Origin: an uncultured delta proteobacterium
GTDB taxonomy: Bacteria > Myxococcota_A > Polyangia > Palsa-1104
Reading direction: 5' to 3'
NCBI GenBank assembly: GCA_963785725.1
Contig: CAWAWS010000016.1
Coordinates: 256,001 to 320,000 of the forward strand
DNA: 64,000 nucleotides
Of the stretch, positions 8,887-17,620 are shown piece after piece (position 1 is the stretch's first letter; every line of letters begins with the position of its first letter). The position numbers and the translations under genes were made by a program. Below the pieces are notes generated by a model, which saw nothing but the letters and a program-made list of their open reading frames with translations, made no database searches and was not told where the DNA came from.

Positions 8887-11105
8887 TAGTAGACCCTCCC
8901 CGGCGAATTCTCGCGGAAGTAATATTGTCCGCCGGTGTCGGCGTTCAGGATCATGAGGTAGTACTCGTCGGCCGACAGCTGGTACTTGGTCGACGTGCCA
9001 TCGAAGCCGTTGTACGTGCCGACCTCGGCCGGATGCACCGGCGTCGTCGGGTAGGCGCGCGTCGTCATGTCGACGGCCGGGAAGCGCACCGGCGGGTTCA
9101 ACATCTGAATCGCGACCGAGTCGTGCGCCGCGCCCGACGTGATGTACTGCTTGACCTCGCCCGAGATGGTGATCTGCTTCTCCATGAACGCCATCTGCGG
9201 ACCGAGCATCGACACGTACGACGAGTTGTAGGTGTACATCGTGTCGCCCGCGTCGATCGTCACCGGCGTCGACGTCAGGTTGAACGTGAAGCTGAACATC
9301 GTCATGTCGGTGACGTCGGTGATGGTGTAGCTCGGGTTGGCGGCGCCGGCGGTGCCGTCATGGCAGTCGATGCAATGCGCGTCGAAGATCGGCTGAATCG
9401 CCTTGTCCCACGGCGTGCCCATGACTTGCTCGTAGGTGAACGTGTCCGACAGGCGATCCTGGCGCGGCACCGTCGAGAACAGGTCGACCGCGTCGGTGGC
9501 CTGCAAGAGCGACGAGCCGGGCGCGATGGCGATGGCTTCGGTGCGGCTCTCGTGGCAGCCGCCGCAGACGCGCGATTCGCCGGGACGGCCCTGAATCCAG
9601 ATGGGCTCGGACGCGGTGTCGCCGCCCGGGCTCGAGCCGGCGGTGGTGAGCGCCATGCCGAATTGATCGATGAGCTGCAAGCGCACCGGCGTGTTGGCCG
9701 GGACGAGCGCCTTGAACGAGCCGTCGGGGTTGACCGGGACCTCGCCGAGGCGCGCCTGACCGTCGAACTCCGAGAGGCCGAACATGTTGGGGAAGCCCTC
9801 TTCGGTCGAGAAGCCTTCGGAGACGCGCACCTTGACGGCGGTGCCTTTGGTCATCCCCGGGAACATCGTGGAGTCGTAGACGTTGACGGCGGCGAGCAAG
9901 GTGCCGGCCGTGTTCTGCGTCGGGAAGAGCGGCGTCAAAGTCGGCGGCTCGGTGCGCGGGGCGATGGCGATGGGCGAGTGCTCCCACGTGCCGATGCCGT
10001 TGACGACCGGGTAGCGCGTCTGCGACTTGGAGTCGAAGACGTAGATGCCGAAGTCGGGCGACGTCTTGGCCATCGACAGCGTGCCCGTCTCGACCGGACC
10101 GTCGGCCCAGGTGACGAGGAAGCGATCGGTCGTGCCCGGCAGCGGCGCGACGTCGTAGTAGCGGCCGACGCCGGCGAACGACGGCGTGCGATCGGCGGGC
10201 ACGAGCGGCGTCAGATCCTCGGCCGACGACAGCGCCTCCGACTGCTTGGTGATGTCGGTGCCGCCCAAGTTGATGCGCAGGATCTTGCCGGCCTGATAGG
10301 TGCGATCGCGCGAGGTGCCGATCGCCAGGATCATGCCGGGCGAGACCTCCTTGGCGCGCAAGTAGGAGTTCGTCAGGCCCTTGCCTTCGCGACCGAAGCC
10401 CTCGCGCACGCCGGTCAGGTCCTGCTGCATGATCGTGAGATCGCCTTCGTTGGTCTCACCCAAGTGGCGCCACTCGGTCATGAGCACGCGGCCGTCCGAC
10501 AACAGCGTCGGCTTGACGCGGTGCGAGACGTTGCGCGGCGCCAGCGTGATGTCGGAGCCGTCGAGGTTCATGCTGCCGGCCTGCGCCGTCGTCGCGCGCT
10601 CGTACTCGTCGCGAAACTGCGGCACGGCGGCGCCTTCGACGTTTTGGTTGGTGCAGAAGAAGATGCGACCGGCCGGCATGTAGATGGGGTCGACCTCGTC
10701 GTTGGCGCCCATCGTGATCTGACAGGGGCCTTGCGAGACCTTGCCCAGCGCCGCGTCGCACGGGTTGGTGCCGTCGACGTTGACGCGGAAGATGTGATAG
10801 TGGTCGTCGCTCGGCGCGCGGCCGGAGAAGACGAGCTCGCGGGCGTCGAACGACAGGTCGACCGAGTTCACGTCGCCGCCCGACCAGTTGGTCAGGTTCT
10901 TCTTCACGCCGTCGGCGGTCGGCGGCGTGAGCGTGAACAGGTTGCCGTCGTTGCCGTTGCCCGTGTAGTCGAACACGTTGCCGGTGTCGACGGGTGAACG
11001 CGAGATGTACGCGATCGCCGGCACACCCCCGAGCACGTTGGACTGTCCGCTGTCGCATCCGAGCGGCAGCGCGGCAGCCATGGCCAGCGTCAGGATCTTG
11101 CGCAT
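8886..11105 (-). CDS. HzsA-related diheme lipoprotein (beta-propeller plus HZS-alpha middle-like domain)
   Basis: GGAGG RBS, lipobox LPLGC, SFDARELVFS, DPIYMPAGRIFF, LGEVPVNPDGSFKALVPANTP, CGGCHE and CIDCH. Confidence 0.75.
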   Translation of the reverse strand: MRKILTLAMAAALPLGCDSGQSNVLGGVPAIAYISRSPVDTGNVFDYTGNGNDGNLFTLTPPTADGVKKNLTNWSGGDVNSVDLSFDARELVFSGRAPSDDHYHIFRVNVDGTNPCDAALGKVSQGPCQITMGANDEVDPIYMPAGRIFFCTNQNVEGAAVPQFRDEYERATTAQAGSMNLDGSDITLAPRNVSHRVKPTLLSDGRVLMTEWRHLGETNEGDLTIMQQDLTGVREGFGREGKGLTNSYLRAKEVSPGMILAIGTSRDRTYQAGKILRINLGGTDITKQSEALSSAEDLTPLVPADRTPSFAGVGRYYDVAPLPGTTDRFLVTWADGPVETGTLSMAKTSPDFGIYVFDSKSQTRYPVVNGIGTWEHSPIAIAPRTEPPTLTPLFPTQNTAGTLLAAVNVYDSTMFPGMTKGTAVKVRVSEGFSTEEGFPNMFGLSEFDGQARLGEVPVNPDGSFKALVPANTPVRLQLIDQFGMALTTAGSSPGGDTASEPIWIQGRPGESRVCGGCHESRTEAIAIAPGSSLLQATDAVDLFSTVPRQDRLSDTFTYEQVMGTPWDKAIQPIFDAHCIDCHDGTAGAANPSYTITDVTDMTMFSFTFNLTSTPVTIDAGDTMYTYNSSYVSMLGPQMAFMEKQITISGEVKQYITSGAAHDSVAIQMLNPPVRFPAVDMTTRAYPTTPVHPAEVGTYNGFDGTSTKYQLSADEYYLMILNADTGGQYYFRENSPGRVY

Positions 11106-11133
11106 CGTTCGAGCCTCCACGGCTCGCTCGTAG

Positions 11134-11149
11134 AGCAAGCAGCGGGCCG
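11134..11149 (-). promoter_or_regulatory. Candidate sigma54 promoter
   Basis: CGGCCCG-CTGC-TTGCT (GG-N10-GC) upstream of the RBS of 11105. Confidence 0.5.
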
Positions 11150-11158
11150 AAGCGAAAC

Positions 11159-11932
11159 CTAGGGATTCCGAATAATTGGCGTGACGCCTGCAGGAACGCT
11201 GGGGGTCGGCGCCCCCGGCGCGACGGGCAAGTGAGGGTCACCGCCCCCCTCTTGCTCCTGCACCGACTCGGCTTCGTCGGCGCCCTCCTCGGCCGTCTTC
11301 TCGGCTTCGAGATCGCCTTTGACGTCCTTCGAATAACGCGCGCGCTCGCCGGGACCCGAGTAGTCGATCCAGAACGCGTTGTGCCGCAAGCGCGACGGAT
11401 CGACGTCGAGGTGCACGAAGTCGGAGTTCGGATAATAGCCGACGCCGACGCGCGGCAGCGTGCGCTCGAAGTCGCGCAGCTCGGTGTTGGCGATGCCCTC
11501 GACGCGGAAGTCGCAGGCCACGCCCTTTTTGTGCGGCGACTTCGGGTTGCCCTTCTCGCGCGCGACGCGTGGCGCGCGATAGCCGGCGACGACGACGATG
11601 CGCTTGAAGTCGAAGTGCTGATCGACCTGGTAGATGAGCTGCGCCAGCCGCGTCGACATGTAATGCACGCGGCCCGTGTGATGACAGCGCAGGAAGCGAT
11701 TCCAGCCGTGCAGCTGCGCCTTACTGAAGCGACCGTGCGCGTCGGGCCGCAGCGTGAAGGTCTCGTGCGTGTTGATGGCGTAGAGCTCGGCCGCGGGCGG
11801 CGGCGGCGGCTTCGGCTTGCGCGGCGGCTTGGCGTGCGCGATGGCGCCGGAGAGCCCGACGACCAACGTGGCGACCAGCGCGCGTAGCATCGCCTTCAGT
11901 GTTTTCGGCGCAGCCTTCGCTGTCAATGCCAC
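11159..11932 (-). CDS. YcbK/MepK-like (DUF882, peptidase M15) Zn peptidase
   Basis: GYRAP, SPHKKGVACD, GVGYYPNSDFVHLDV motifs; start uncertain. Confidence 0.85.
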   Translation of the reverse strand: MALTAKAAPKTLKAMLRALVATLVVGLSGAIAHAKPPRKPKPPPPPAAELYAINTHETFTLRPDAHGRFSKAQLHGWNRFLRCHHTGRVHYMSTRLAQLIYQVDQHFDFKRIVVVAGYRAPRVAREKGNPKSPHKKGVACDFRVEGIANTELRDFERTLPRVGVGYYPNSDFVHLDVDPSRLRHNAFWIDYSGPGERARYSKDVKGDLEAEKTAEEGADEAESVQEQEGGGDPHLPVAPGAPTPSVPAGVTPIIRNP

Positions 11933-11971
11933 TGTCTATAATAGACGCGTTGCCGTGCTACTTTGTTCGCC

Positions 11972-12409
11972 ATGACCGTGCTGTTGCTGCTGGCGACGCT
12001 CGTCGGTGCGCTCTTCGTCCTCCGGCAGCTGGTGACGACGCGAGCGGCCCAGCGGGCGACGCCGGCCTTGCGCCTGGCCGGCGGGCCGCCCGACGACGCC
12101 CGTCACGGCGACAGTGACGGCGATGAAGCCGGCGCCGGGCGACCGCTGCTCGACGCCATCGCGCTGGTGCTGCGCGCGCAGGGCGCCGAGGTCGCCGCCG
12201 TCGAGGCCGACGACTGGGGCTTCGCGGCCGCGGCGATCGTCGACGGGCAGCCGTTGACGCTGAAGCTCGGCGCCCACGGATCGAACGGCGTCGGGCCCGA
12301 GTGGCTGCTCGTGCTCGACGGCGCGCACGACTCGGCGGCGCTGCGGCGCGCGATCGAAGCGGCGGCCGCCGCCGTCACCGGGGTCAAGCTGCTCGGCTGG
12401 GACGACTGA
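11972..12409 (+). CDS. Hypothetical protein with N-terminal membrane anchor
   Basis: Hydrophobic N-terminus; TGcTACTTT 7 nt before ATG. Confidence 0.6.
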   Translation: MTVLLLLATLVGALFVLRQLVTTRAAQRATPALRLAGGPPDDARHGDSDGDEAGAGRPLLDAIALVLRAQGAEVAAVEADDWGFAAAAIVDGQPLTLKLGAHGSNGVGPEWLLVLDGAHDSAALRRAIEAAAAAVTGVKLLGWDD

Positions 12410-12421
12410 CCGACGCCCAGC

Positions 12422-14020
12422 TCAGTCGCATTCCTGCTCCCACATGCGCTCGCTCTTCCATTCGCGCTGCGTGTGGCCGGGAGCGGGCGTGAGGCTGTAG
12501 TCTTCGTAGAGCGCGAAGTGATCGAGCGGCTGACCGTCGACGCCGCCGGCGGTGCGCCAGCTCGCGCACAAATAGCGGCCCAAGGCCTTGAACAGCCGCG
12601 TGCGCCGCGGGCTCGGCTGCTCTTTGGTCAGCGCGAGCGCGTATTTGGTCCAGCGATGGTTGCTGTCGATGCCGTTGAACGAGACGGGGCCGCCGTCGAT
12701 TCCGTGCAAGCGCGTCGACCTTGCGACCGTCGATGAGCACGCCCTCGGCGCGCACGGTGCGATCGGACGGCAACGGCCGCGGCGCGAACATGTCCCAGCG
12801 CTGCCACAGCTCGATGACGCGCATGACGCTCGAGAGCGGCCGCGGCAAGTGCGCGCCCGCCTCGCCCGGCAGCGAGTAGAGCATGGCCATGACCAGCGTC
12901 GCCGCCAAGAGCGCGCGGCCGACGGAGCGGTAGCGCGGCCGCCACGAGAACGACCGCAGCGGCTCCGGCCCGACGAGCTGCGCACGCCACGGCACCAGCA
13001 GCCGCTCGCGCCAGCTCGCCGGCAAATCCGACGCGCGCGCGCCACCAGCGCCTCGGCCCAGCGCGGCTCGAAGAGCAGCGGATACGAGGCCAGCATCATG
13101 AGCGAGAAGTTGCCGACGTTCATGGTGAGGGCGATGCCGACGTGCAGCCCGAGGCCGGCGAGGAGCGCCAGCTTGCGCAGCCGCGACTGCTGAATCGGCG
13201 CGAAGACCAGCAAGACGAAGGCGGCCTCGAACGCCAGCGTGCCGTAGGTCGCCGGCACGGTCAGCCAGCCGGCATTGAAGAGCGCGGCGCCGAGGCGACG
13301 CGTGAACAGGTGGTCGAGGCCGAACGCGTAGTGCAGCGCGGTGCCGTTTTCCCAGGTGCGATCGCCGATCTTGCATAAGAACGTGCACACGTAGATCCAG
13401 CACAGCTGCAGCTGCAAGAGGCGCACGACGAAGGGAGCGCCGTGCATCGGCAGCGGGCGGCCGGCGGCGCGCGCCTCTGCGGCGTCAACCGAGTAGGTCG
13501 CGCCGATGGGCAAGAACAGGCACCAGAAGAGGAAGACGCGCGCCACGCTGTCGGAGCCGTCGAAGATCATCGGGTTCCGCTCGTGCAGGCCGGAGACGAG
13601 GACGAAGGTGGCGATGGCGGCCCACCGCGTGCGCCAACCGGCGACGAAGGCGAGCGTCGCGACGACCGCGAGCAGCCACAGCGCCCACGTCATCGCCAAC
13701 GGACCGGCGAGGTCGAAGACGGAGAAGCGGTCGGCGCGCGCCACGCCGCCGAGCAGCACCGAGCGCGGCAGGACGCCTTCGTCGGACAAGAGCGCGCGCA
13801 GCACCGGCGCCACGGTCGCGAGCGACCACAAGACGACGGTGCCGAGCGTGATGCGCATGAGGCCGAGCGGCCGGAGATCGAGCGGCGCCGTCCAGAAGCG
13901 ACGCGTGAACGGATGGTCGCCCTCGGGCGGCTGTGCGACCGTCGCCAGCGCATCGCGCGCGGGCACGGCAACGTCGGACACATTCACGAGCTGGAGCGCG
14001 GAGCTCGACATGGAGGTCAT
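12422..14020 (-). CDS. HTTM-domain membrane protein with two compensating frameshifts (about 13035 and 12709)
   Basis: LGLMRITLG, LSDEGVLPR, RNPMIFDGSD, IYVCTFLCKIGDRTWENGTA; LWQRWDMFAP lies in the alternative frame 12384..13403; ATGA overlap at start. Confidence 0.8.
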   Translation of the reverse strand: MTSMSSSALQLVNVSDVAVPARDALATVAQPPEGDHPFTRRFWTAPLDLRPLGLMRITLGTVVLWSLATVAPVLRALLSDEGVLPRSVLLGGVARADRFSVFDLAGPLAMTWALWLLAVVATLAFVAGWRTRWAAIATFVLVSGLHERNPMIFDGSDSVARVFLFWCLFLPIGATYSVDAAEARAAGRPLPMHGAPFVVRLLQLQLCWIYVCTFLCKIGDRTWENGTALHYAFGLDHLFTRRLGAALFNAGWLTVPATYGTLAFEAAFVLLVFAPIQQSRLRKLALLAGLGLHVGIALTMNVGNFSLMMLASYPLLFEPRWAEALVARARRICRRAGASGCWCRGVRSSSGRSRCGRSRGGRATAPSAARSWRRRWSWPCSTRCRARRARTCRGRSRASCASSSCGSAGTCSRRGRCRPIAPCAPRACSSTVARSTRLHGIDGGPVSFNGIDSNHRWTKYALALTKEQPSPRRTRLFKALGRYLCASWRTAGGVDGQPLDHFALYEDYSLTPAPGHTQREWKSERMWEQECD

Positions 14021-14457
14021 TCCTTTGTTGGATCGCGACCGCGGGTGGGAGGCAGGCCGGCGCGCGCCACGCCCGTCAGGACCGCGACGAGGCAAGCGGC
14101 CAATCCCGCGCCCAGCCCGAGCGAGCGGTAGACATCGCCCGAAGTCGCGCCGAAGAAGAGGCCGGCGTAGACGATGAGGACGCCGGTCGGCAAGAGCATG
14201 CGGATCGGCGTGAACAGTCGCGTGCGCCGCGGCTCGGGGCGCACGACGGCGAGCACGGTGAAGACGAGGTAGAGCGCGGCCGCGACCAGCGTCGCTTCGA
14301 CGAGCGCGTGCAGCGGCGAGACCGCGCGCACGCCGTCGGCGCCCCACTGCAGCGTCACGGCATGCGGCCAATGCGCGCGCGTCAGCCAGGCGCCGCCGTA
14401 AAACAGCGCCAGCGCGCTCGCGGGGACGATGATCGCCGGCGACGACGCGGTCCTCAC
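14017..14457 (-). CDS. Small 4-TM membrane protein, DUF1648/SdpI-like immunity candidate
   Basis: GTG start overlaps hydrolase stop (GTGA); WPHAVTLQWGADG after TM1 resembles DUF1648 LPxxVPxHWxxxG. Confidence 0.55.
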   Translation of the reverse strand: MRTASSPAIIVPASALALFYGGAWLTRAHWPHAVTLQWGADGVRAVSPLHALVEATLVAAALYLVFTVLAVVRPEPRRTRLFTPIRMLLPTGVLIVYAGLFFGATSGDVYRSLGLGAGLAACLVAVLTGVARAGLPPTRGRDPTKE

Positions 14458-15977
14458 GGCCGCACCGTAGCCACGATCGCGTCGACGAGCGCGGGCGCGA
14501 TCGGCAGCTGCGGATCGCGGTAGCTCGCCTGCGGCGACGACGTCGACGGATCGACCTTGAGCGCGTGGCTGACGCCGGCGAGGATGGTCAATTCGACGCC
14601 GGGACGCGCCGCCGCCAGCAGCCGCGCGTCGCCGACCGTGACCTGCAGATCGTGGTCGCCTTGGATGACGCGCGTCGGCAAGGTCAGCCGCTTCTGCAGC
14701 GCGAGGGGATCGGCGAACAGCCAGCCTTGACGAAAGCGAAACATCGCGCGCGTAAAGAGCGCCGCCAGCGCCGGATCTTGCGGCGCGACGAAGCGGCCGG
14801 CGCGCTCGCCGGCGACGAGGCGGTCGTACTCCTGCAAGGTCGTCGCCGAGGCCAGCGCGGCCAGCTGCTCGCGCAGGAGCGTCGCTACCGGACGTCCGCT
14901 CGTCGACAGCAGCACGAGGCCGTCGAGCGGCAGGTGCTGCGCCAGCATGAGCGCGATGAGGCCGCCTTCGGAGTGGCCGCAGACGTAGAGCTTGGAGACG
15001 GCCGGATCTTTGCGCGCGAAGGCGACGACGGCGGCCGCGTCCTGCACGAAGTCGTCGAAAGAGACGGCCTCGAGGTCGCGCGGCCAATCGCTGGCGCCGA
15101 CGCCGCGCTTGTCGTAGCGCAGGCTGGCGATGCCGCGCGCTGCCAACGCCTCGGCCAGCAGACGATAGCTGGCGGACGTGACGCCGAGCGTGCTGTTGCC
15201 GTCGCGATCGGTCGGGCCCGAGCCGGCGACGAGGACGACGGTGGGAAACGGGCCCGCCCCTTCCGGTCGACGGATGGCGCCGCGCACGGTGACATCGGCG
15301 CGCTCGACCGCGAACGGCGCCTCGCTTGCCGGCGACGGCGACGCCGGCTGCGCCGACTGCCGCACGCTCACCTGCCGGTCGACCGCGTGCGCGACGAGGC
15401 CTTGGCTGGGCACGCCGCCGGCCACGACGACGCCCGCCGCCGACAAATCGACCGCGACGGTCACCGCGCCGATGACGACCGCGACGTGGCGACCGCCGTC
15501 GGGCCGCGCCGTCACCTGGATCGTGCCCGGCACGACGACCGCCCGCGACGGCACCAGCACCTGCACCGGCGTCGGCGTCGCGGCAGCGGCGAAGTCGTCG
15601 GCGGCGACGAGATAGGCGCCCCAGTGAAAATTCTCGAGCGCGAGCCCGCCGGCCGGGATGTCGCGCTCGAGCCGCTCGCCGCCCTGCTCCAGCGTCACCC
15701 GGCGATGATCACGATCGATGCGAATGGTGACGTCGCCGCTGCCTTCGAAGCGCAGCTGGCTGGTCACGACATGGCCATCGTCGCTGAACTCTTCGCGCCC
15801 GATCTCGCGGTCGCCGATCGTCGTCGCCAGCGCGCCCTGGCGCAGCGGCCGCGCCGGCGCGACGGGCGCGGGCCGAACGACCACCGGGCCCGCGACCGGC
15901 GTCTGCGCGCGCGGCCCGGCGCAGCCGAACCCGACCAGCGCAAACAAGAGCGTCCATTGCGGCGGCTTCTTCATCAT
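14454..15977 (-). CDS. Lipoprotein alpha/beta hydrolase
   Basis: Lipobox VGFGC; GSGPTDRDGN, RYDKRG, GHSEGG nucleophile, QGDHDLQV, VSHALK. Confidence 0.88.
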   Translation of the reverse strand: MMKKPPQWTLLFALVGFGCAGPRAQTPVAGPVVVRPAPVAPARPLRQGALATTIGDREIGREEFSDDGHVVTSQLRFEGSGDVTIRIDRDHRRVTLEQGGERLERDIPAGGLALENFHWGAYLVAADDFAAAATPTPVQVLVPSRAVVVPGTIQVTARPDGGRHVAVVIGAVTVAVDLSAAGVVVAGGVPSQGLVAHAVDRQVSVRQSAQPASPSPASEAPFAVERADVTVRGAIRRPEGAGPFPTVVLVAGSGPTDRDGNSTLGVTSASYRLLAEALAARGIASLRYDKRGVGASDWPRDLEAVSFDDFVQDAAAVVAFARKDPAVSKLYVCGHSEGGLIALMLAQHLPLDGLVLLSTSGRPVATLLREQLAALASATTLQEYDRLVAGERAGRFVAPQDPALAALFTRAMFRFRQGWLFADPLALQKRLTLPTRVIQGDHDLQVTVGDARLLAAARPGVELTILAGVSHALKVDPSTSSPQASYRDPQLPIAPALVDAIVATVRP

Positions 15978-16019
15978 GGCCTCGTCATACCGCGACTGCG
16001 GCGGGCGCAACAACGGCGC

Positions 16020-16994
16020 TCACGCCGCGTGCTCGGCCGCGACCGGCGCGACCACCAGCGCCAGCTGCGGCGCCGGCCCGCGCCGCGACAGCCGCATGCG
16101 CAGCGCGTCGATCCAGGCGAACGGCTCGTCGACCGGCTGCAGAAAGAGGATGAGCGCCGCCGACATCGAGCCGAAGAAGCTGACGAGACCGTGGATGAAG
16201 ATGATGGCGGCGTGGAAGGCCAGCCCCAGCGGCAACAGCCGACGCCGCCAACGCCGCTCCATGAACAGCGCGCCGAACAGCACGACCTCGAGCAGCAGCG
16301 TGCCCCACGTCAAGGCCACGACGCCCGCCGACTTCGACAGGATCGGCATCGCCCAGCGCTCCAGCGTCGGCGACAGACCGATGGTGGAGTTGGTGAACCA
16401 GTAGTAGCAAGCGGTGCCGTCGCGCCACTCTTTGACGCCGAGCTTGGCGGTGCTGGCGTGGAAGTAGATGCCGGCCACCTGCAGGCGGACCGTCCACAGC
16501 ATGAGGCGGCTCACGAACGCCGCCAGCTGCGCGCCGACGCCGGGGCCGATCGCCGGCGGCGCATCCCAGTGCCAGCGGCGGCCGTCGGTGAGCGTGACGG
16601 GCACGAGCAGCAGCGCCAACACCGCCGCGATCTGATCGCCGCCGTCGATGACGATGCACGACGTGGCGAAGCTGGCGGCCACGTACCAATGCAGGATGCC
16701 GGTGAAGCGCGGCCGCCAGCCCGACACGACGAGCGCCAGCACGGCAATCGCGATCGCGCGCGCCAGCCCGAGGTGCGCCGGCGCGAGGAGGCCGAACAGG
16801 CTCAGCCGCACCGGCAAAAAGTCGCCCGCCGCGTCGAGCATCGTCTGATTCGCGGGCCGAAACAGCATATCCGACGAGTTGACGATCAGCGTCAGCAGCG
16901 TGCCCGACGCGACGACGGAGCGCGCCAGCCCGACGACGTTGGTCCAAACCGGGCGTTCAGTCGTGTGCTCGATCGATTTCATCGTGTCCCTCAT
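16020..16994 (-). CDS. sdpB: SdpB-family antimicrobial peptide system protein
   Basis: PVWTNVVGLARS, VVSGWRPRFTG, DGGDQIA, LTDGRRWHW, IYFHASTAKLGVKEWRDGTA; ATGA overlap with sdpA. Confidence 0.88.
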   Translation of the reverse strand: MRDTMKSIEHTTERPVWTNVVGLARSVVASGTLLTLIVNSSDMLFRPANQTMLDAAGDFLPVRLSLFGLLAPAHLGLARAIAIAVLALVVSGWRPRFTGILHWYVAASFATSCIVIDGGDQIAAVLALLLVPVTLTDGRRWHWDAPPAIGPGVGAQLAAFVSRLMLWTVRLQVAGIYFHASTAKLGVKEWRDGTACYYWFTNSTIGLSPTLERWAMPILSKSAGVVALTWGTLLLEVVLFGALFMERRWRRRLLPLGLAFHAAIIFIHGLVSFFGSMSAALILFLQPVDEPFAWIDALRMRLSRRGPAPQLALVVAPVAAEHAA

Positions 16995-17530
16995 TTCCAG
17001 ATGACGTTGAGCTTGACGACGTCCGACGGCATGTAGACCCGATCGCGCGCCGCGCTCCAGGCCCACGGCACCGGCTGCGCCGAGGCAATGACCACTTCGC
17101 CCGCCAGCGAGCGCACGAGCATCGGGTTGACGACGCGCGCCACCGGCAGCTTGGGATTGGCCAGGCAGGCGTCGAGGCTGCCCTCGCATTTGAAGTGCTT
17201 GGACGCGGGCACGAGGCTCATCAGCTTCTCGATCTCGGCGCCCTCGACGCGGTCGTTGCGCTTGAGGCCGAGCCAGACCCGCGACTGCGCTTGGCTGTGC
17301 CGCACCCAATGGCCGTTCTCGCGCAGGTAGACCGACTTGCTCGACTCGCGCGGGTCGCGCGTGAAGAAGGCCCAGCCCTCGGGCAAGATCGAGACGAGGC
17401 GCGTTCGCGTCGCGACGCCGGCGGACAGCGGCATCTCCGTGATCGAGCCGCAGGCGACGAAGACGATCAGCGCCACCCAAACGGCGACGATCGCGCCTTT
17501 CATGACGAGCAAGAGACTACGAGCGCTCAT
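16991..17530 (-). CDS. sdpA: SdpA-family antimicrobial peptide system protein
   Basis: PEGWAFFTRDPRE and PVPWAW motifs; GGAGGAG RBS. Confidence 0.88.
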   Translation of the reverse strand: MSARSLLLVMKGAIVAVWVALIVFVACGSITEMPLSAGVATRTRLVSILPEGWAFFTRDPRESSKSVYLRENGHWVRHSQAQSRVWLGLKRNDRVEGAEIEKLMSLVPASKHFKCEGSLDACLANPKLPVARVVNPMLVRSLAGEVVIASAQPVPWAWSAARDRVYMPSDVVKLNVIWK

Positions 17531-17567
17531 GGTGCTTCTCCTCCGTGAAAACCGTGGCCAAACTGCC

Positions 17568-17612
17568 GCCTCCATCCGCGCCGGCCGGCGGCGACCGCGC
17601 GCGGATGGAGGC
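17568..17612. terminator. 14-bp perfect inverted repeat between precursor genes and sdpA
   Basis: GCCTCCATCCGCGC (17568-17581) / GCGCGGATGGAGGC (17599-17612). Confidence 0.7.
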
Positions 17613-17620
17613 GCTTCGAG

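Noticed and set aside
5880..10997. Long antisense ORFs (5880..8138, 8838..10997 and many similar ones)
   Set aside because: Arg/Ala-rich shadows of real genes on the opposite strand, expected at this GC content
4818..11105. Anammox hydrazine synthase
   Set aside because: No hzsB/hzsC neighbours; lipoprotein signals and the myxobacterial context fit only a distant HzsA-related family
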